NCBI GenBank assembly: GCA_029006795.1
Contig: JAQXGQ010000122.1
Coordinates: 3,266 to 67,265 of the forward strand
Reading direction: 5' to 3'
From: Clostridiales bacterium
GTDB lineage: Bacteria > Bacillota > Clostridia > Lachnospirales > Lachnospiraceae
DNA length: 64,000 bases
Shown here: piece by piece, positions 1 to 11,826 of the stretch
Layout: each line of letters starts with the position of its first letter
How positions within the stretch are numbered: the stretch's first letter is position 1
Position numbers and translations under genes: made by a program
Notes under the pieces: generated by a model
Seen by the model: the letters and a program-made list of their open reading frames with translations, nothing else
Database searches by the model: none
What the model was told of the DNA's origin: nothing

Positions 1-664
1 CAACACTCCTCTCAATTCGCAGATTCACCCCTATATCTCTTATCTGACAGAAACCAGAGAAGGACGGGATGTAGAAGATGAATTGATGGTAAAGTCCAGT
101 CTTTTTGCCATTATTTCCAAGCTCAACCGCTATAGCTGTACTGCAAGTACCTCCGAACTTACGCTGCAGAATACCTATGACAAATTAAAAAAGGTTCTTC
201 TTTATGTAAGGGAAAATTATTCTATGGAAATCCCTGTTTCAACTGCAGCGGATATCTGTGGTTTTTCCCCCAGTTACTTTATGAAATTATTCAAAGAATT
301 GACAGGAAAAAGTTTTTCCCAATACCTGATTCACTATCGTCTTGAAGTCGCAGCAAGACTACTTTCAAAAAATGAACAAAAGATTACCGAAGTTGCAACG
401 GATACGGGTTTTAACAATCTCTCTTATTTTACACGAGCCTTCGTCAGTAAATATGGCATCACACCGTCTGCCGGACAAAGCTACTACCAGCGCATCTACC
501 ATTGCTGTTGCAGCAGTCATGGAATGGTACTCCTGCTCCGTTCCCCGATACACATAATGAGCGTTTTAAAAGAGCGGCGGTTTTTACTTGAAATCCTGCT
601 TCCGGCGCAACTTCAATACTGTACTCCCCGCGCAGCATCGCCTGATACAATGTCTCCACGGTAA
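1..664 (+). CDS. AraC-family transcriptional regulator, 5'-truncated by window edge; aberrant C-terminal read-through
   Basis: Frame is open from position 2. AraC double-HTH signature (AADICGFSPSYFMKLFK...ITEVATDTGFNNLSYFTRAF..KYGITPS). Sequence after ~470 is not AraC-like. Confidence 0.85.
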   Translation, partial: NTPLNSQIHPYISYLTETREGRDVEDELMVKSSLFAIISKLNRYSCTASTSELTLQNTYDKLKKVLLYVRENYSMEIPVSTAADICGFSPSYFMKLFKELTGKSFSQYLIHYRLEVAARLLSKNEQKITEVATDTGFNNLSYFTRAFVSKYGITPSAGQSYYQRIYHCCCSSHGMVLLLRSPIHIMSVLKERRFLLEILLPAQLQYCTPRAASPDTMSPR

Positions 665-796
665 GAAATTCCTCCTCAAACAGGTTTCGGATGCAACCAT
701 ACTGTACTGCCTGATGGGTGTCACTGCCACCCAAAAAAATGAAATGGCGGCAAACAATAAATCATCATAGGTAACCTTTAGCGCCGAAAGTTTCAT
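470..796 (-). pseudogene. decayed MurR/RpiR-family (SIS) regulator remnant
   Basis: Fragments in three frames. YRGTEQEYHSMTAATAMVDALVVALS resembles Firmicutes RpiR SIS C-termini. RBS (AAGGA) and ATG at 796. Confidence 0.45.
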
Positions 797-965
797 TTTC
801 TTTACATCCTTATGTTAAAAATAGCATAGATGAATGTGCCCGCACATCATTCCATCTATGCTACTAATCATATCGGCCTCTATGTAAACTCTCTACCATA
901 TCTATGTAAAATGAAAGAAAATTTTCATTTTTATAGAAAAAGAAAATGTATTTTCATTTTTTATT

Positions 966-1658
966 TTACCAGAAATAAACGTATACCATAGAAAGTATCA
1001 CAGTCACCACTCCGGACACCGCAATGGAAAGCCCACTCATGGCACCTTCTACCTCTCCCATTTCCATTGCTCTTGCCGTACCGATAGCGTGGGATGCCGA
1101 ACCAATTCCTATTCCTTTCGCAATCGGGTCTTTAATTTTAAAAATACGGCAGACATGCTCCGCAATCATATTCCCCATGACTCCGGTAATCACGATGACG
1201 GCTACTGTAATGGTAACAATCCCGCCTAATTCTTCTGAAACTCCCATACCGATTGCTGTGGTAATAGACTTCGGCAGCAGCGTCACATACTCTTCATGAC
1301 TAAGTCCGAATACAATGGACAATAGCAATACACAGGTCATACTCGCCAATGCCCCCGATATAATTCCCACCAGAATCGCCGTCACATTCTTTTTTAAAAG
1401 CTCCACCTGCTCATAAAGCGGCACCGCTAAACAGATAGTTGCCGGTGTCAGCAGATAACTTAAATATTTTGCTCCCTCATTATAAGTCTCATAATCCACC
1501 TTAAATACCAGTAAGACCACAATCACTGCAATGATGGAAATCAGCAACGGATTAAAAATTGCCAATTTCCACTTTCTTTTCATCCACAATCCCAATTCAT
1601 AAGATAAAAGACTGACTACTACTCCAAAAAAGAGTGTTTCCCCTAATAATTCTTTCAT
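966..1658 (-). CDS. lrgB: LrgB/CidB family membrane protein
   Basis: LLTPATICLAVPLY, LLPKSITTAI and GSASHAIGTARA motifs; overlaps the lrgA stop (ATGA). Confidence 0.93.
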   Translation of the reverse strand: MKELLGETLFFGVVVSLLSYELGLWMKRKWKLAIFNPLLISIIAVIVVLLVFKVDYETYNEGAKYLSYLLTPATICLAVPLYEQVELLKKNVTAILVGIISGALASMTCVLLLSIVFGLSHEEYVTLLPKSITTAIGMGVSEELGGIVTITVAVIVITGVMGNMIAEHVCRIFKIKDPIAKGIGIGSASHAIGTARAMEMGEVEGAMSGLSIAVSGVVTVILSMVYVYFW

Positions 1659-2029
1659 TCTTCCGCACCTCTTTCCTTCTTTTTCTTCTTAAGTTGCAAC
1701 ATGCTGTCCGTCACTTTACCTGCTACCGCCATTACTACCACAGTAGAGATAATTGTAATCACGACAATCGGAATGAGTATTTGCTGCAAAGAGCTCCAAG
1801 AGGTTAGAAGTTCTACTCCAGCCGGAATAAACATGACCGGCATAATTTCCACTAAAAATTTTGCTGTTTCCTTTACACTGTCAATCTTTAAAACTTTAAA
1901 CTGCAATGTTAAAAACATCAGTACCAAACCATAAATACTTGCCGGAATCGGCAATGGAATTAAAAATTTTAGTAATTCTCCAATAAAAGAAAAAAACAAT
2001 ATAATGAGAAACTGTCTTACATATTTCAT
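1655..2029 (-). CDS. lrgA: CidA/LrgA family holin-like protein
   Basis: QFLIILFFSFIGE..PLPIPASIYGL..MFIPAGV; start at MKYVRQF with GGAGG RBS. Confidence 0.92.
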   Translation of the reverse strand: MKYVRQFLIILFFSFIGELLKFLIPLPIPASIYGLVLMFLTLQFKVLKIDSVKETAKFLVEIMPVMFIPAGVELLTSWSSLQQILIPIVVITIISTVVVMAVAGKVTDSMLQLKKKKKERGAEE

Positions 2030-2112
2030 TTTGATAAGCCTCCATTCATTTGTGCCCCTCAAATTTCTCATTTTTACTATTCCCTTAAGTTTTTCCCTCT
2101 TCTCCTTCGCTG

Positions 2113-3825
2113 TTATAACGTGTATCTGCTAAGATTTTCATTCATATCAGAAACTGTATGTAATGTCTGATTAATTTCCGTCACCTCCTCTTCCATTGCA
2201 CGATTAAGTTCATTCATTACCTGCGAAATCTGGGTAATCTCATTACTATTTTCTTCTGATGCCTTGCTTATGGAATTCATGGAACTGTGAATCGTCTCTA
2301 TCGATTCAAAATAGCCCTCCATAATCCTGCTGAGTTCTTCCATGTTTTCTGTCATTGTTGCAGTGTTCTTTGAAAATTCATCACTTGCCCCGGAAAACTT
2401 TTGATAGTCTTTAAGTACATTTCCATGAATAAATGCCAGCATATTCTGCGCTGTACTCTGCAATCCCTCAATAGCCTTCATAACATCTTCGCTTACCTGC
2501 TGAATCTGGTTTGCAGCCTCACTGGTATCCGATGCCAACTTGCTAATTTCACCTGCCACCACAGCAAACCCTTTTCCGGCTTCCCCGGCTCTTGCCGCTT
2601 CAATACTGGCATTCAATGCCAACAGATTTGTCTGCTCGGAGATATTAAGAATTGCATCCGATAATTCCTTTATTTTTGCCACATTAGAAGCCTTTTCCTG
2701 TTCTTCTTCTAATCGTCTTCCCATAATAGACACATTTTCAGACACCTCTTTTCCCGAAACATTTGCCATACCGGACAATTCACCGGAAGCATGTTTCATA
2801 TCTTCTACCATTCCGGCATTTTTTTCTGTAATTTCCACCATATGCCGTGTCTGCTCATAAACCTCGTTTGTCTCCTGCTGTGCAGTCAAAATAGATGCTG
2901 TAATCTCTTCTATAGATGCCACCATAGTACACACTACTTGATTGACATTTTTTACATTTTCCTCCGACTGCCCCATATTATTGTTGATAGACACCATTAC
3001 ATTTTCCACCTGATTGTTTCCCTCAGAAAGTTCACGAATGGTATTTCTCGTTTTTTCCAACAATTTATTTAAGTTTTGACCTAAAATCTCTAATTCATCA
3101 CCAGAGTCAATATGCAGTGTCTGTGTCAAATCCCCATTGTCCGACGCCACTTCTACAATAGCATCATTTACGCTTTTTAAATTATGCCCCAATTGTCTTG
3201 CCTTAACGGTTGCAAAAAACAGGGTTAAAATCAATCCCGCAATGACTGCAATGACTATATTTTTCAAAAGTGCATGCAAAGAAGATGCGATTGAGGATAC
3301 CTTACAGTCCACACCTACAATTCCCACAATTTCACCATCTGAATTGTAAATAGGTGCATAAGCACTATATACTGTCCCCCACTCATCTACGGTAGGCTCC
3401 TCCGTCACTGCCGCGGTTCCCTGCCACGCCAGTTCCATTTCATTTTCAGTCTCATACAGTTCCCCTAAGTCTGCCGGTTCTTCTGAATCTGTATCCACTA
3501 CAAACGCAAAATTTTTCTCATCTTCATATGTCATGGAATAAATATAAGCAACCTCTTCGGACTGTTTAAATTTTGAAAGCCTGTCATATACCGCCTGGTA
3601 TTCTTCCGAATCGTCACCCGCTTCCATGATACACTCAAATACATCACCATCCAGATTATTCGCCGCCATTATAGCAACATTTAATGTTTCCTTCCTGCTG
3701 TTTTCCTTCAAATGGTTTTGCAATGTCAGATAAGAAATTCCCCCTGTCAACGATGAAACAAATAATACTGCTATTACAATATACACAAACATCTGTGCTG
3801 ATATACTCAGTTTTCTCGTACGCAT
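2113..3825 (-). CDS. methyl-accepting chemotaxis protein (Cache-like sensor, HAMP, MCP signal domain)
   Basis: Two TM segments, [13 protein letters not shown] sensor motif, [27 protein letters not shown]. Confidence 0.95.
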   Translation of the reverse strand: MRTRKLSISAQMFVYIVIAVLFVSSLTGGISYLTLQNHLKENSRKETLNVAIMAANNLDGDVFECIMEAGDDSEEYQAVYDRLSKFKQSEEVAYIYSMTYEDEKNFAFVVDTDSEEPADLGELYETENEMELAWQGTAAVTEEPTVDEWGTVYSAYAPIYNSDGEIVGIVGVDCKVSSIASSLHALLKNIVIAVIAGLILTLFFATVKARQLGHNLKSVNDAIVEVASDNGDLTQTLHIDSGDELEILGQNLNKLLEKTRNTIRELSEGNNQVENVMVSINNNMGQSEENVKNVNQVVCTMVASIEEITASILTAQQETNEVYEQTRHMVEITEKNAGMVEDMKHASGELSGMANVSGKEVSENVSIMGRRLEEEQEKASNVAKIKELSDAILNISEQTNLLALNASIEAARAGEAGKGFAVVAGEISKLASDTSEAANQIQQVSEDVMKAIEGLQSTAQNMLAFIHGNVLKDYQKFSGASDEFSKNTATMTENMEELSRIMEGYFESIETIHSSMNSISKASEENSNEITQISQVMNELNRAMEEEVTEINQTLHTVSDMNENLSRYTL

Positions 3826-3846
3826 CTTTTTTCCTCCTCCAATGAT

Positions 3847-4272
3847 TTACTTCTTCTTTCGCAAAATATGAATAATTTTTCCCTCATAATACACCACAGT
3901 CACTACCACAAGGATTACAACAATCATACTGTAGCCACTGTTAAGCTGATGACCTAATACATCACAAATACTTGTAAACAGCAACCCTAAAACAAAAATG
4001 AGTTTTACAAGCCGCACCATATGAATTGTGTATTTGCGAACCAATCCACTACAGGCTTCTCTTGTCAGTCCATTTACCTTTTCAGGATAAACAGAGAGCA
4101 ATGTCAGCCCTATATATACTAAAATCAATACCGCACCATTCATCACGATTGTAACAGGATTCACTCCATATATCATGCTGTAATAAATCTGAAGTCCCAT
4201 ATAGACGAGTCCCGATACAATCCCTACTGCTTCTAACAGTAAATCGATTATCGTTACTTCCTCTTTCCGCAT
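3847..4272 (-). CDS. hypothetical membrane protein (~4 TM)
   Basis: Hydrophobic ORF with AGGAGG RBS, in operon between the glycosylase and the MCP. Confidence 0.8.
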   Translation of the reverse strand: MRKEEVTIIDLLLEAVGIVSGLVYMGLQIYYSMIYGVNPVTIVMNGAVLILVYIGLTLLSVYPEKVNGLTREACSGLVRKYTIHMVRLVKLIFVLGLLFTSICDVLGHQLNSGYSMIVVILVVVTVVYYEGKIIHILRKKK

Positions 4273-4287
4273 CTCATCCCTCCTGTA

Positions 4288-4791
4288 CTACATTTCAATC
4301 AGTCCGGCAATCGCCTCTTCCCATGCTGATAACAGTTTTTCCATATTCCATGCTGCATTTGCCGGACTTGTGGAAGGCAGCTTTTCTAAAGGCGGCGGTC
4401 CGTCTTTCTTACAATATTTTAAATATAACTGATATGCCTTATTTCCATTCACAAAAATTTTCTGTATCTTTGCTGCTTTTAAAATAACATCCATATCATT
4501 AGGTACTACATTTCGTATGGAGCTGTCTGACGAACCTATAATATCACAGGATGCTATCACATCCCATAACGCAATGTGATGTCTTTGCAATAATTTTTTC
4601 TTCTCTTCTATCGTTTCCGGCACCTCTTCCCTGCATATCTGTGCTAACACTTTCCAAAAACGGTTTTGAGGATGCCCATAATAAAACTGCTGCTCTCTGG
4701 ATTTCACTGATGGAAAGGAGCCTAAAATCAATACCTTTGATGTATTATCATATACCGGCTCAAATGTGTGTGTTACACGTATCCATTCCAT
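4288..4791 (-). CDS. DNA-deoxyinosine (hypoxanthine) glycosylase, UDG superfamily
   Basis: LILGSFPSVKS..YYGHPQNRFW, LWDV, SSDSSI, LPSTSPANA motifs. Confidence 0.9.
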   Translation of the reverse strand: MEWIRVTHTFEPVYDNTSKVLILGSFPSVKSREQQFYYGHPQNRFWKVLAQICREEVPETIEEKKKLLQRHHIALWDVIASCDIIGSSDSSIRNVVPNDMDVILKAAKIQKIFVNGNKAYQLYLKYCKKDGPPPLEKLPSTSPANAAWNMEKLLSAWEEAIAGLIEM

Positions 4792-4914
4792 TTATTTCTG
4801 TCCTTTCTAACGCTTCTCTACCTCATAAGAATACTACACTTTTTCTTTAGATAAAAGCCTCTTTTTTCGATAACATAAATTCATCGCTTAGCGGCACAAT
4901 CCGATAAAAAGGGA

Positions 4915-4958
4915 AGGCGGAAAAGACAGCCTTTTTAACTGTCTTTTCCGCTTTTTTC
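4915..4958. terminator. intrinsic terminator downstream of the substrate-binding protein gene
   Basis: Inverted repeat GCGGAAAAGACAG...CTGTCTTTTCCGC with flanking T-rich tracts. Confidence 0.75.
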
Positions 4959-4972
4959 CTAAACATACGAGA

Positions 4973-5947
4973 TTACTCATAATTTTTCACATTAGAGCTA
5001 TCTACCCTTTCAAAGGGAACCCAGACATATTTTCCATCCTCTGTCACACCTTCTATATTAGAAGCGCTTCCTCCCGTTGCAAGGGCAATTGCCGTCTTAA
5101 CTGCCGCCTCTCCCTGACCGGTAGCTGATTGATATACGGTAAATGCCATATCTCCGGCTTCAATCGCAGCACAGCCATCTGCTGTGGCATCCACACCAAG
5201 AACCATAATATCATTTCTCCCCGCCTTTTTACAAGATGCAATCACACCTAATGCCATGGAATCATTATTGCACGCCACTACATCACAGGGCTGACCTGTT
5301 TTTAAAAAGATATCAAAATATTTCTCAGCTGTCGCCTGATCCCATGTTGCAAAATCTTCAAAAACATAGTTGATTTTTTCCCCGGATTCTTTTAACCCAC
5401 TCTTTAATCCATCAGTTCTTCCCACAGTACCAGAGTGATTTTTCTCACCTTTAAAAATTGCTACATTAATTTCTTCCTTAGATGCAAATTTCTCTAAAAT
5501 ATATTCTGCCTGATACCCTCCGGCAACTTCCTCACTAGAACCCACATACATATATTTGTCCGCTTTCAGTACACTCTCATCCGGACAGCTATTATAAAAT
5601 ACAACAGGAATATCTCCCGCCAACACAGTGATTTCCTTAGCCGTATCTACATTGACCGGTCCACACATTATCACATCATACCCCTCTGACACTGCCTTTT
5701 TTATATGCGACACCTGATTTTCCAAATTTCCATCTGCATCAAACAAATCCAGTGTTACTCCACTTTCTTTTGCAGTTTGCTGAGCTTGATTTACCAAAAT
5801 ATTCCGAAAGGTATCGGCAGAAGAAAGAGTCATTAGTATCCTCACATCATCCCCCTTTCCATCTTCTGCCGCCTGTTCACTGCCACATCCACAGAGACAA
5901 CAGACCCATAATGCAATCACTAGTAATATGCTTAAACTTTTTTTCAT
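4973..5947 (-). CDS. sugar-binding lipoprotein (RbsB/MglB-like periplasmic binding fold)
   Basis: Lipobox LCGC; [22 protein letters not shown] motifs of type I sugar-binding proteins. Confidence 0.9.
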   Translation of the reverse strand: MKKSLSILLVIALWVCCLCGCGSEQAAEDGKGDDVRILMTLSSADTFRNILVNQAQQTAKESGVTLDLFDADGNLENQVSHIKKAVSEGYDVIMCGPVNVDTAKEITVLAGDIPVVFYNSCPDESVLKADKYMYVGSSEEVAGGYQAEYILEKFASKEEINVAIFKGEKNHSGTVGRTDGLKSGLKESGEKINYVFEDFATWDQATAEKYFDIFLKTGQPCDVVACNNDSMALGVIASCKKAGRNDIMVLGVDATADGCAAIEAGDMAFTVYQSATGQGEAAVKTAIALATGGSASNIEGVTEDGKYVWVPFERVDSSNVKNYE

Positions 5948-5959
5948 TGTCTTACCCTC

Positions 5960-7951
5960 CTATATCTGGAACTGCTGTACCTGTCCCGCCAGGTTTTCGG
6001 ATGAGGTTGCTAAATTCTTTGCCTCTTCCGCTACCTGCTCACTGTTCTCCGAAATTCCCTTTGCCTGTGCTAACATCGCCTCGGATGTAGCGAGAATTTC
6101 ATCTGAACTTGCCGCCTGTTCCTCAGAAATGGCTGCTACATTGGTTGCCACCTGATCCACCTGGTTGACTTTTTCCACCACGCTTTCAATCAGCTGACTG
6201 GTATCCTGTACATTTTGGAAAATAAGATCAAAGGTATCTACTGCTGTATGTATCAATTCTGTGCTGTCACTAATTTCTCCTACACTGTCTCCTGCCTGTC
6301 TTACCGCATCCTCCACCAATAAATTAATCTGGTTAATCAGACGGGCAATGTTCTCTACAGATTCCGCACTGTTCTGTGCCAGTTTACCGATTTCCGTTGC
6401 CACCACTGCAAATCCCTTTCCTGCCTCTCCTGCTCTTGCAGCTTCAATAGAAGCATTCAAAGAAAGTAAATTTGTTTCCTCTGCAATGTTTCCGATAAAT
6501 TGCACAATCTGTACAATCTCGCCGGATGCCGTACCAACTTTATTTACTGCGGTCTCTAAGTTCTGCACGGAAAGTTTGATATTTTCCAAAGCCTCTCCAA
6601 CGCGCTTCATATCCGTTCTGCCTTTTTCAGATACGTCTACTGTCTCACGCATCTTTTCTTCCACAGCATCACTGTCTGTCTTCGTGTCTGCCACATAGCC
6701 TGCTAACATGGTTGCATTTTCTGCAATCTCATTTACAGAAATAGAAAGCTGGTCTACCGTCATATTTAATTCACTCATAGACTGTGCCTGAATATTTGCC
6801 GCATCATTCATATCATGGGACACATCATCACAGGAGAGTGCCTGTCCTTTTAATTTACCGGAGATATCCCCCATAGACGAAATCATGGAACGCATAGAAG
6901 CAATAAATTTCTCCACGCTGCGGCTCATTACCGCAATCTCATCATTTCCCTTTGTGGATACTGATACCGTAAAGTCACCAGAAGACATTGACGTAATGGT
7001 TTCCGTCAGTTTCTTCACCGGTTTAATAACCATATGTGTCATACGTTCTACCACCACGCAAAGCAGTAAAATGGCAATAATACTGATAATCAGCATAATT
7101 GTACGCAATTTTGCCAGATCTGCAAGTACAACGCCCGTAGGTATGTAGGAAACTAAGATCCAGTTTGTTCCGTTTACTTTTTCAAAAACAGTCATGTTCC
7201 CGTCTAACGTACAGAAATCATAATCCGCTTCCGTAATCTTTGCTGCCACATCTCCGTAGAAAACCGGCTGTCCCTCTCCTCCCAATTTCTGGGAAATTAA
7301 TTCTGAATCACGATGCGCTAAAATAGTACCGGTATTCAAGTCCACCAGAAACGCTTCTGCCCCATCCATTTCAATGAATGAATTTACGATAATGCTGATA
7401 CGTTCCAGTGTCACATCAGCCGATATAACCTTTATCTCGCCTGTTCCGTCATTTAAGATACCAGAGGCACTGATTACATTGATTCCCTCTGCATTCTGAT
7501 ATGCGGAACCATATGCCATGTTGATTCTTGTAAGTCCCTCTTTGTACCAGGTACTATTTAATGGATCTGATTCTTGCTTTGCAGATTCTGTAGCTTTCTG
7601 CATTTTTCCCGTACTGTCTGCAATATAGAGTCCCTCGGGATAATTGGAATTATATCCATAATAACTGTCAAGCATCTTCTGAAGATCTGCCTCCTTCGGC
7701 TGCACATCTTCGATTGTCTCCTTCACAATCTGAAATGCTGCAAGGTTCTCGTTCAGCCACGCCTCGATTCTGGATGCTTGATTTGAAACAGAGGCTTCCA
7801 AAAGATCTCTGGAATCATCTTCAATGATACCGGCACACACATTGTATGCCACCAGTAAAAGTACTACTATCAAAACAATTACTACCGGGATAACAGTTCC
7901 CAGCAATTTTGTCTTAATAGATAAAAACTTATTTTCTTTTGTCTGCTCCAT
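5960..7951 (-). CDS. methyl-accepting chemotaxis protein with dCache-type sensor
   Basis: Two TMs, WYKEG/AY Cache motifs, [31 protein letters not shown]. Confidence 0.95.
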   Translation of the reverse strand: MEQTKENKFLSIKTKLLGTVIPVVIVLIVVLLLVAYNVCAGIIEDDSRDLLEASVSNQASRIEAWLNENLAAFQIVKETIEDVQPKEADLQKMLDSYYGYNSNYPEGLYIADSTGKMQKATESAKQESDPLNSTWYKEGLTRINMAYGSAYQNAEGINVISASGILNDGTGEIKVISADVTLERISIIVNSFIEMDGAEAFLVDLNTGTILAHRDSELISQKLGGEGQPVFYGDVAAKITEADYDFCTLDGNMTVFEKVNGTNWILVSYIPTGVVLADLAKLRTIMLIISIIAILLLCVVVERMTHMVIKPVKKLTETITSMSSGDFTVSVSTKGNDEIAVMSRSVEKFIASMRSMISSMGDISGKLKGQALSCDDVSHDMNDAANIQAQSMSELNMTVDQLSISVNEIAENATMLAGYVADTKTDSDAVEEKMRETVDVSEKGRTDMKRVGEALENIKLSVQNLETAVNKVGTASGEIVQIVQFIGNIAEETNLLSLNASIEAARAGEAGKGFAVVATEIGKLAQNSAESVENIARLINQINLLVEDAVRQAGDSVGEISDSTELIHTAVDTFDLIFQNVQDTSQLIESVVEKVNQVDQVATNVAAISEEQAASSDEILATSEAMLAQAKGISENSEQVAEEAKNLATSSENLAGQVQQFQI

Positions 7952-8123
7952 AATTTCCTCACTAGCAATTTTTACCTAACATTTACTTTATTATAGAATT
8001 ATTCCTTTCTTCCGTCAATATTTTGTCTTTTTTCCCAAATTCTTATTCTGTTTTTTTCGTTTTTTGTATATTTTGTCAATCGCCGTATACATGTATTATT
8101 TCAAAAAAAACCATTATCTTTTC

Positions 8124-8151
8124 TTGAAAATGAAATATCCTGTGCTATAAT
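8124..8151 (+). promoter_or_regulatory. sigma-A promoter of asnA
   Basis: TTGAAA-16-TATAAT with extended TG. Confidence 0.7.
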
Positions 8152-8192
8152 AAGTAAGGTTAGAATGCGTACACTAGAGAGGAGAACCACGC

Positions 8193-9203
8193 ATGGAAAG
8201 ATTAATCATTCCAAAAGATTATCATTCAGAATTAAATTTACACGATACACAGATTGCAATTAAAACTGTAAAAGATTTTTTTCAGGATTTAATCGCCCAG
8301 AGGCTTCATTTATCCCGTGTATCTGCACCACTTTTTGTAGATCCCCTTTCGGGATTAAACGATAACTTAAACGGCACGGAACGCCCGGTTACTTTTGATA
8401 TCCGTGAGCAGGGGGGACGGGAAGCAGAAGTCGTACAGTCCCTTGCGAAATGGAAACGTTATGCACTGAAAAAGTACGGTTTTTGTGAGGGCGAAGGCAT
8501 TTACGCTGATATGAATGCTATCCGCCGGGACGAGGACACTGACAATATCCACTCCATTTTCGTGGATCAGTGGGATTGGGAAAAGGTCATCCGTAAAGAA
8601 GACCGCAATCTCGAGACCTTAAAGGAAACTGTCCGCACCGTATATAAATGTCTGCGAAAAACAGAAAAGTATATGGCAATCCAGTACGATTACATAGAGG
8701 AAATCCTGCCAAACGACATTTTCTTTATCACCACCCAGGAATTAGAGGAAATGTTCCCGGATTATACTCCAAAGGAGCGGGAATTTTACATTACAAAAAC
8801 CAAGGGTGCTGTCTGCATTATGAAAATCGGCGATACTTTAGGAAACGGAAAACCGCACGACGGACGTGCTCCTGATTATGATGACTGGGAATTAAATGCA
8901 GATATCGTTGTTTACTATCCGGTATTAGACATTGCCCTTGAGCTTTCTTCTATGGGTATCCGCGTAGACAAAAAAGCTCTGCTTTCTCAGCTGAAAAAAG
9001 CAGGTTGCGAAGAGCGCGCCAGTCTTCCGTTCCAGAAAGCCATCATTGACGGAGAACTTCCCTTTACCATCGGTGGTGGTATCGGTCAGTCTCGTATCTG
9101 TATGTTTTTCTTACGAAAAGCTCACATCGGAGAAGTACAGTCCTCCCTGTGGCCGGAAGAAATGGTTACAGAATGTGAAAAGAACGGGATTCAATTATTA
9201 TAA
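8193..9203 (+). CDS. asnA: aspartate--ammonia ligase
   Basis: GLNDNLNG, VQSLAKWKR, VDQWDWE, HDGRAPDYDDW, TIGGGIGQSR. Confidence 0.97.
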   Translation: MERLIIPKDYHSELNLHDTQIAIKTVKDFFQDLIAQRLHLSRVSAPLFVDPLSGLNDNLNGTERPVTFDIREQGGREAEVVQSLAKWKRYALKKYGFCEGEGIYADMNAIRRDEDTDNIHSIFVDQWDWEKVIRKEDRNLETLKETVRTVYKCLRKTEKYMAIQYDYIEEILPNDIFFITTQELEEMFPDYTPKEREFYITKTKGAVCIMKIGDTLGNGKPHDGRAPDYDDWELNADIVVYYPVLDIALELSSMGIRVDKKALLSQLKKAGCEERASLPFQKAIIDGELPFTIGGGIGQSRICMFFLRKAHIGEVQSSLWPEEMVTECEKNGIQLL

Positions 9204-9215
9204 ATCATTTTCATC

Positions 9216-9261
9216 AAACAGGTCGACTAATCCTCAGTTGATTATCCGACCTGTTTCTTTC
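9216..9261. terminator. terminator between convergent asnA and yfhO
   Basis: AAACAGGTCG..AATC / GATT..CGACCTGTTT inverted repeat. Confidence 0.7.
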
Positions 9262-9262
9262 A

Positions 9263-11812
9263 TTATTTCAGTTTTCTTTGATATCTTATCCACAACAATA
9301 CCAAAAATATCGCCACACATCCACAAGAAACCGCTGCTCCTAACATAAACCCCGGTGTCTTGTATTTTAACATAATTTCGTGCTCGCCCTCTTCTAAATG
9401 CACACTGATAAATCCTTCTCCAAACACTTCCGGTTCTGTCTCTTCTCCATCCACATATAATGTCCATCCATCATCATTGGCAACAGAAAAAATCAATCTG
9501 CCTGGATTTATCACATGAACATTTCCTGTAATTTTGGTGTCCGAAAAAGAAGTTATCTTCATCGTCTGCTGATTTAACGTTTTAAACGCCGCATCTACTG
9601 CATCTAAATTCAGCTGATATGCCGTAATCTTCACGCATTCCTCATTGGTATTTTTGATTTTTATCTCGTTTCCCGCCACACAATAACCCAAATCCAGCAT
9701 ATAGCCGTGAGAAACCTTTGTAAAGGACTTTGTCCTTCCGTCACTGATTTCCTCTGTCAGACCTTCCACTGTTGTTTTTTCATAGGTAGCAAAAATGTAG
9801 GCATCCTCCGTCACCGCTATGGCAGAGACTCCTGTTTCCGAAACAGAAGGGATTTCCGTCAGCATCGCATCCTCTGCCCCCAACAAATATGCCAACTGAT
9901 TTTGGGCTTCTATTTCTCCCATATTTTGATAATCCCATGCCTCTATCACATCCTCTGACATCATAAATCCCAACGGAAGTACATATTTATTCTCATAAAG
10001 ATAGGTATCCCCGCTCTGTGCCACCAAAGTACGGATAGGATTTGCCTCTTCCCCGTTATCCGCAAGTACATATTTAATAGAAAGCATGGCGGAAAGCAAA
10101 GGGGTTGCACCGTTTACACAATAGAAATTCTTTCCTCCTTCCATTCCCATTGCCTGATAAAAATGGCTGATATCTAAATTCATTAATGAGGAAAATTGTG
10201 TTGCAGAGTGATACCCGGATAATGCCGCATCATTTTTCGTTTTTCGTTCTAATTCTTCCGTCCGGTAAAATAAAATTCCTTCTTCTGCAGCCAGTTCCTT
10301 TCCATCCGCAAGTACATCCTGATAATTCTCTAAGTCTTTGACATAGGCGGTCCTGCCCACTGTGCCAAGTCCCGTCAGATTAAAATTTAACAGTAGCTCC
10401 GCTAACAAGGCAAAACACGCGGCCCCTAACATATAGCCTTTTACATTTTCTTTTTTCAGATAGTATTTTTTCTTTTTCCTTGCTTTTTTCCCTGTTGGCT
10501 CTTTCAGATAATCCTGCGCCCAGAAATAGACCATCAAAATAATTCCATAGCCCACTAAAAACACCATCGTAACCCATTTCGCTTCCCCACTTATGAGTTC
10601 TTCCTCTGAAAAGTAATATGACACTGCAAAAACAATCACTCCAAGCACTGCAGCAGCAGGGACATGCCATAAACGATTGCCCTTAAAGTATAAAAAAGTC
10701 TCATAGGAAATCACTAATAACAAAAACGCATACAAAAAGCTCTGTCTTCCCGGTAGCGAATCCGGAAAGTGAAACCCATGCCAGATAAAATCCAGCATAT
10801 TATTTGCAAAACTCAAGAGAAAGAAAGCCACAAACAAACCTCTGGTCAATTTCTTTTTCCATGAAATTTCCTTATTCAGAAAGAACATAAAAAGCAAAAC
10901 AACAGCAAAAACTCCGCAGTAAATATTCGGCCAATGGTCTCTTCCGGTATAAACCTCCGTCATTGCCGAGTGTCTTGCCACCTCCGCAGGGATGTTAAAA
11001 TACCATTCCATCGTATCCGGGAAAGAAATATTCTGTGAACCACTGCTGCTTAGAATAATTGCCTCGGGGATAATCAGAACCGCTCCCGTTCCTCCTGCAA
11101 GCAGCGAATATATGGCAAACCGAAACCATGCACCGATACCGCTTTCTCTGTTTTCAAACCAGGTAATAAAAAACCAGATGATAAGAAAAATACATATCAT
11201 AATGGAAATATAGTAGTTACTTAAAATGCAGACAGACAGCGTCACATAATAAAGCAGGGGATTTTTTTCTTTGATTAGTTTTTCCAATCCAAGAATCACA
11301 AGCGGCGCTAACGCAATGCAGTCCATCCACATAATATTCCACGCATAGGCTGCCACAAAAGCCGATAGTGCATAGGCTGTCGCAAAGAGCGAAATTGCAA
11401 AATAATTCGTCCGAAAATGCGACTTCAAATAATACCCAAAGGACAATCCGGCAAACGAAATTTTAAGCACCACCAAAATCGTCATAAATTCAATCACATG
11501 ATTCTGCGGACAAAAAATAAGCAGCCAGTTTAGAGGACTTGCAAGATAATAGGCATACAGGGATACGAAATCCACTCCAAGTCCCACATTCCATGTATAA
11601 AAAATGCTTCCCCCGGTTTTTAACTTGTGCATCAGTTCCGTAAAAAAAGGACAGTATTGATGATACATATCAATATGTAAAATACAGCGGTCTCCGAAAG
11701 GGTATACCTCATGGCTGATACATATCACAATCACTAATAAAAATGGCAGCAAAAAAGATGCCAACAATGGGATGCGTTTCTCCCAGACTTCCTTTTTCTC
11801 ATTTCCACTCAA
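9263..11812 (-). CDS. YfhO-family GT-C membrane glycosyltransferase
   Basis: D.YHQY.PF, YYLASPLN, many TMs; C-terminal DDGWTLYVDG..L..GEHEI.LKY.TPGF. Confidence 0.9.
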   Translation of the reverse strand: MSGNEKKEVWEKRIPLLASFLLPFLLVIVICISHEVYPFGDRCILHIDMYHQYCPFFTELMHKLKTGGSIFYTWNVGLGVDFVSLYAYYLASPLNWLLIFCPQNHVIEFMTILVVLKISFAGLSFGYYLKSHFRTNYFAISLFATAYALSAFVAAYAWNIMWMDCIALAPLVILGLEKLIKEKNPLLYYVTLSVCILSNYYISIMICIFLIIWFFITWFENRESGIGAWFRFAIYSLLAGGTGAVLIIPEAIILSSSGSQNISFPDTMEWYFNIPAEVARHSAMTEVYTGRDHWPNIYCGVFAVVLLFMFFLNKEISWKKKLTRGLFVAFFLLSFANNMLDFIWHGFHFPDSLPGRQSFLYAFLLLVISYETFLYFKGNRLWHVPAAAVLGVIVFAVSYYFSEEELISGEAKWVTMVFLVGYGIILMVYFWAQDYLKEPTGKKARKKKKYYLKKENVKGYMLGAACFALLAELLLNFNLTGLGTVGRTAYVKDLENYQDVLADGKELAAEEGILFYRTEELERKTKNDAALSGYHSATQFSSLMNLDISHFYQAMGMEGGKNFYCVNGATPLLSAMLSIKYVLADNGEEANPIRTLVAQSGDTYLYENKYVLPLGFMMSEDVIEAWDYQNMGEIEAQNQLAYLLGAEDAMLTEIPSVSETGVSAIAVTEDAYIFATYEKTTVEGLTEEISDGRTKSFTKVSHGYMLDLGYCVAGNEIKIKNTNEECVKITAYQLNLDAVDAAFKTLNQQTMKITSFSDTKITGNVHVINPGRLIFSVANDDGWTLYVDGEETEPEVFGEGFISVHLEEGEHEIMLKYKTPGFMLGAAVSCGCVAIFLVLLWIRYQRKLK

Positions 11813-11826
11813 AATCCTTACACCTC

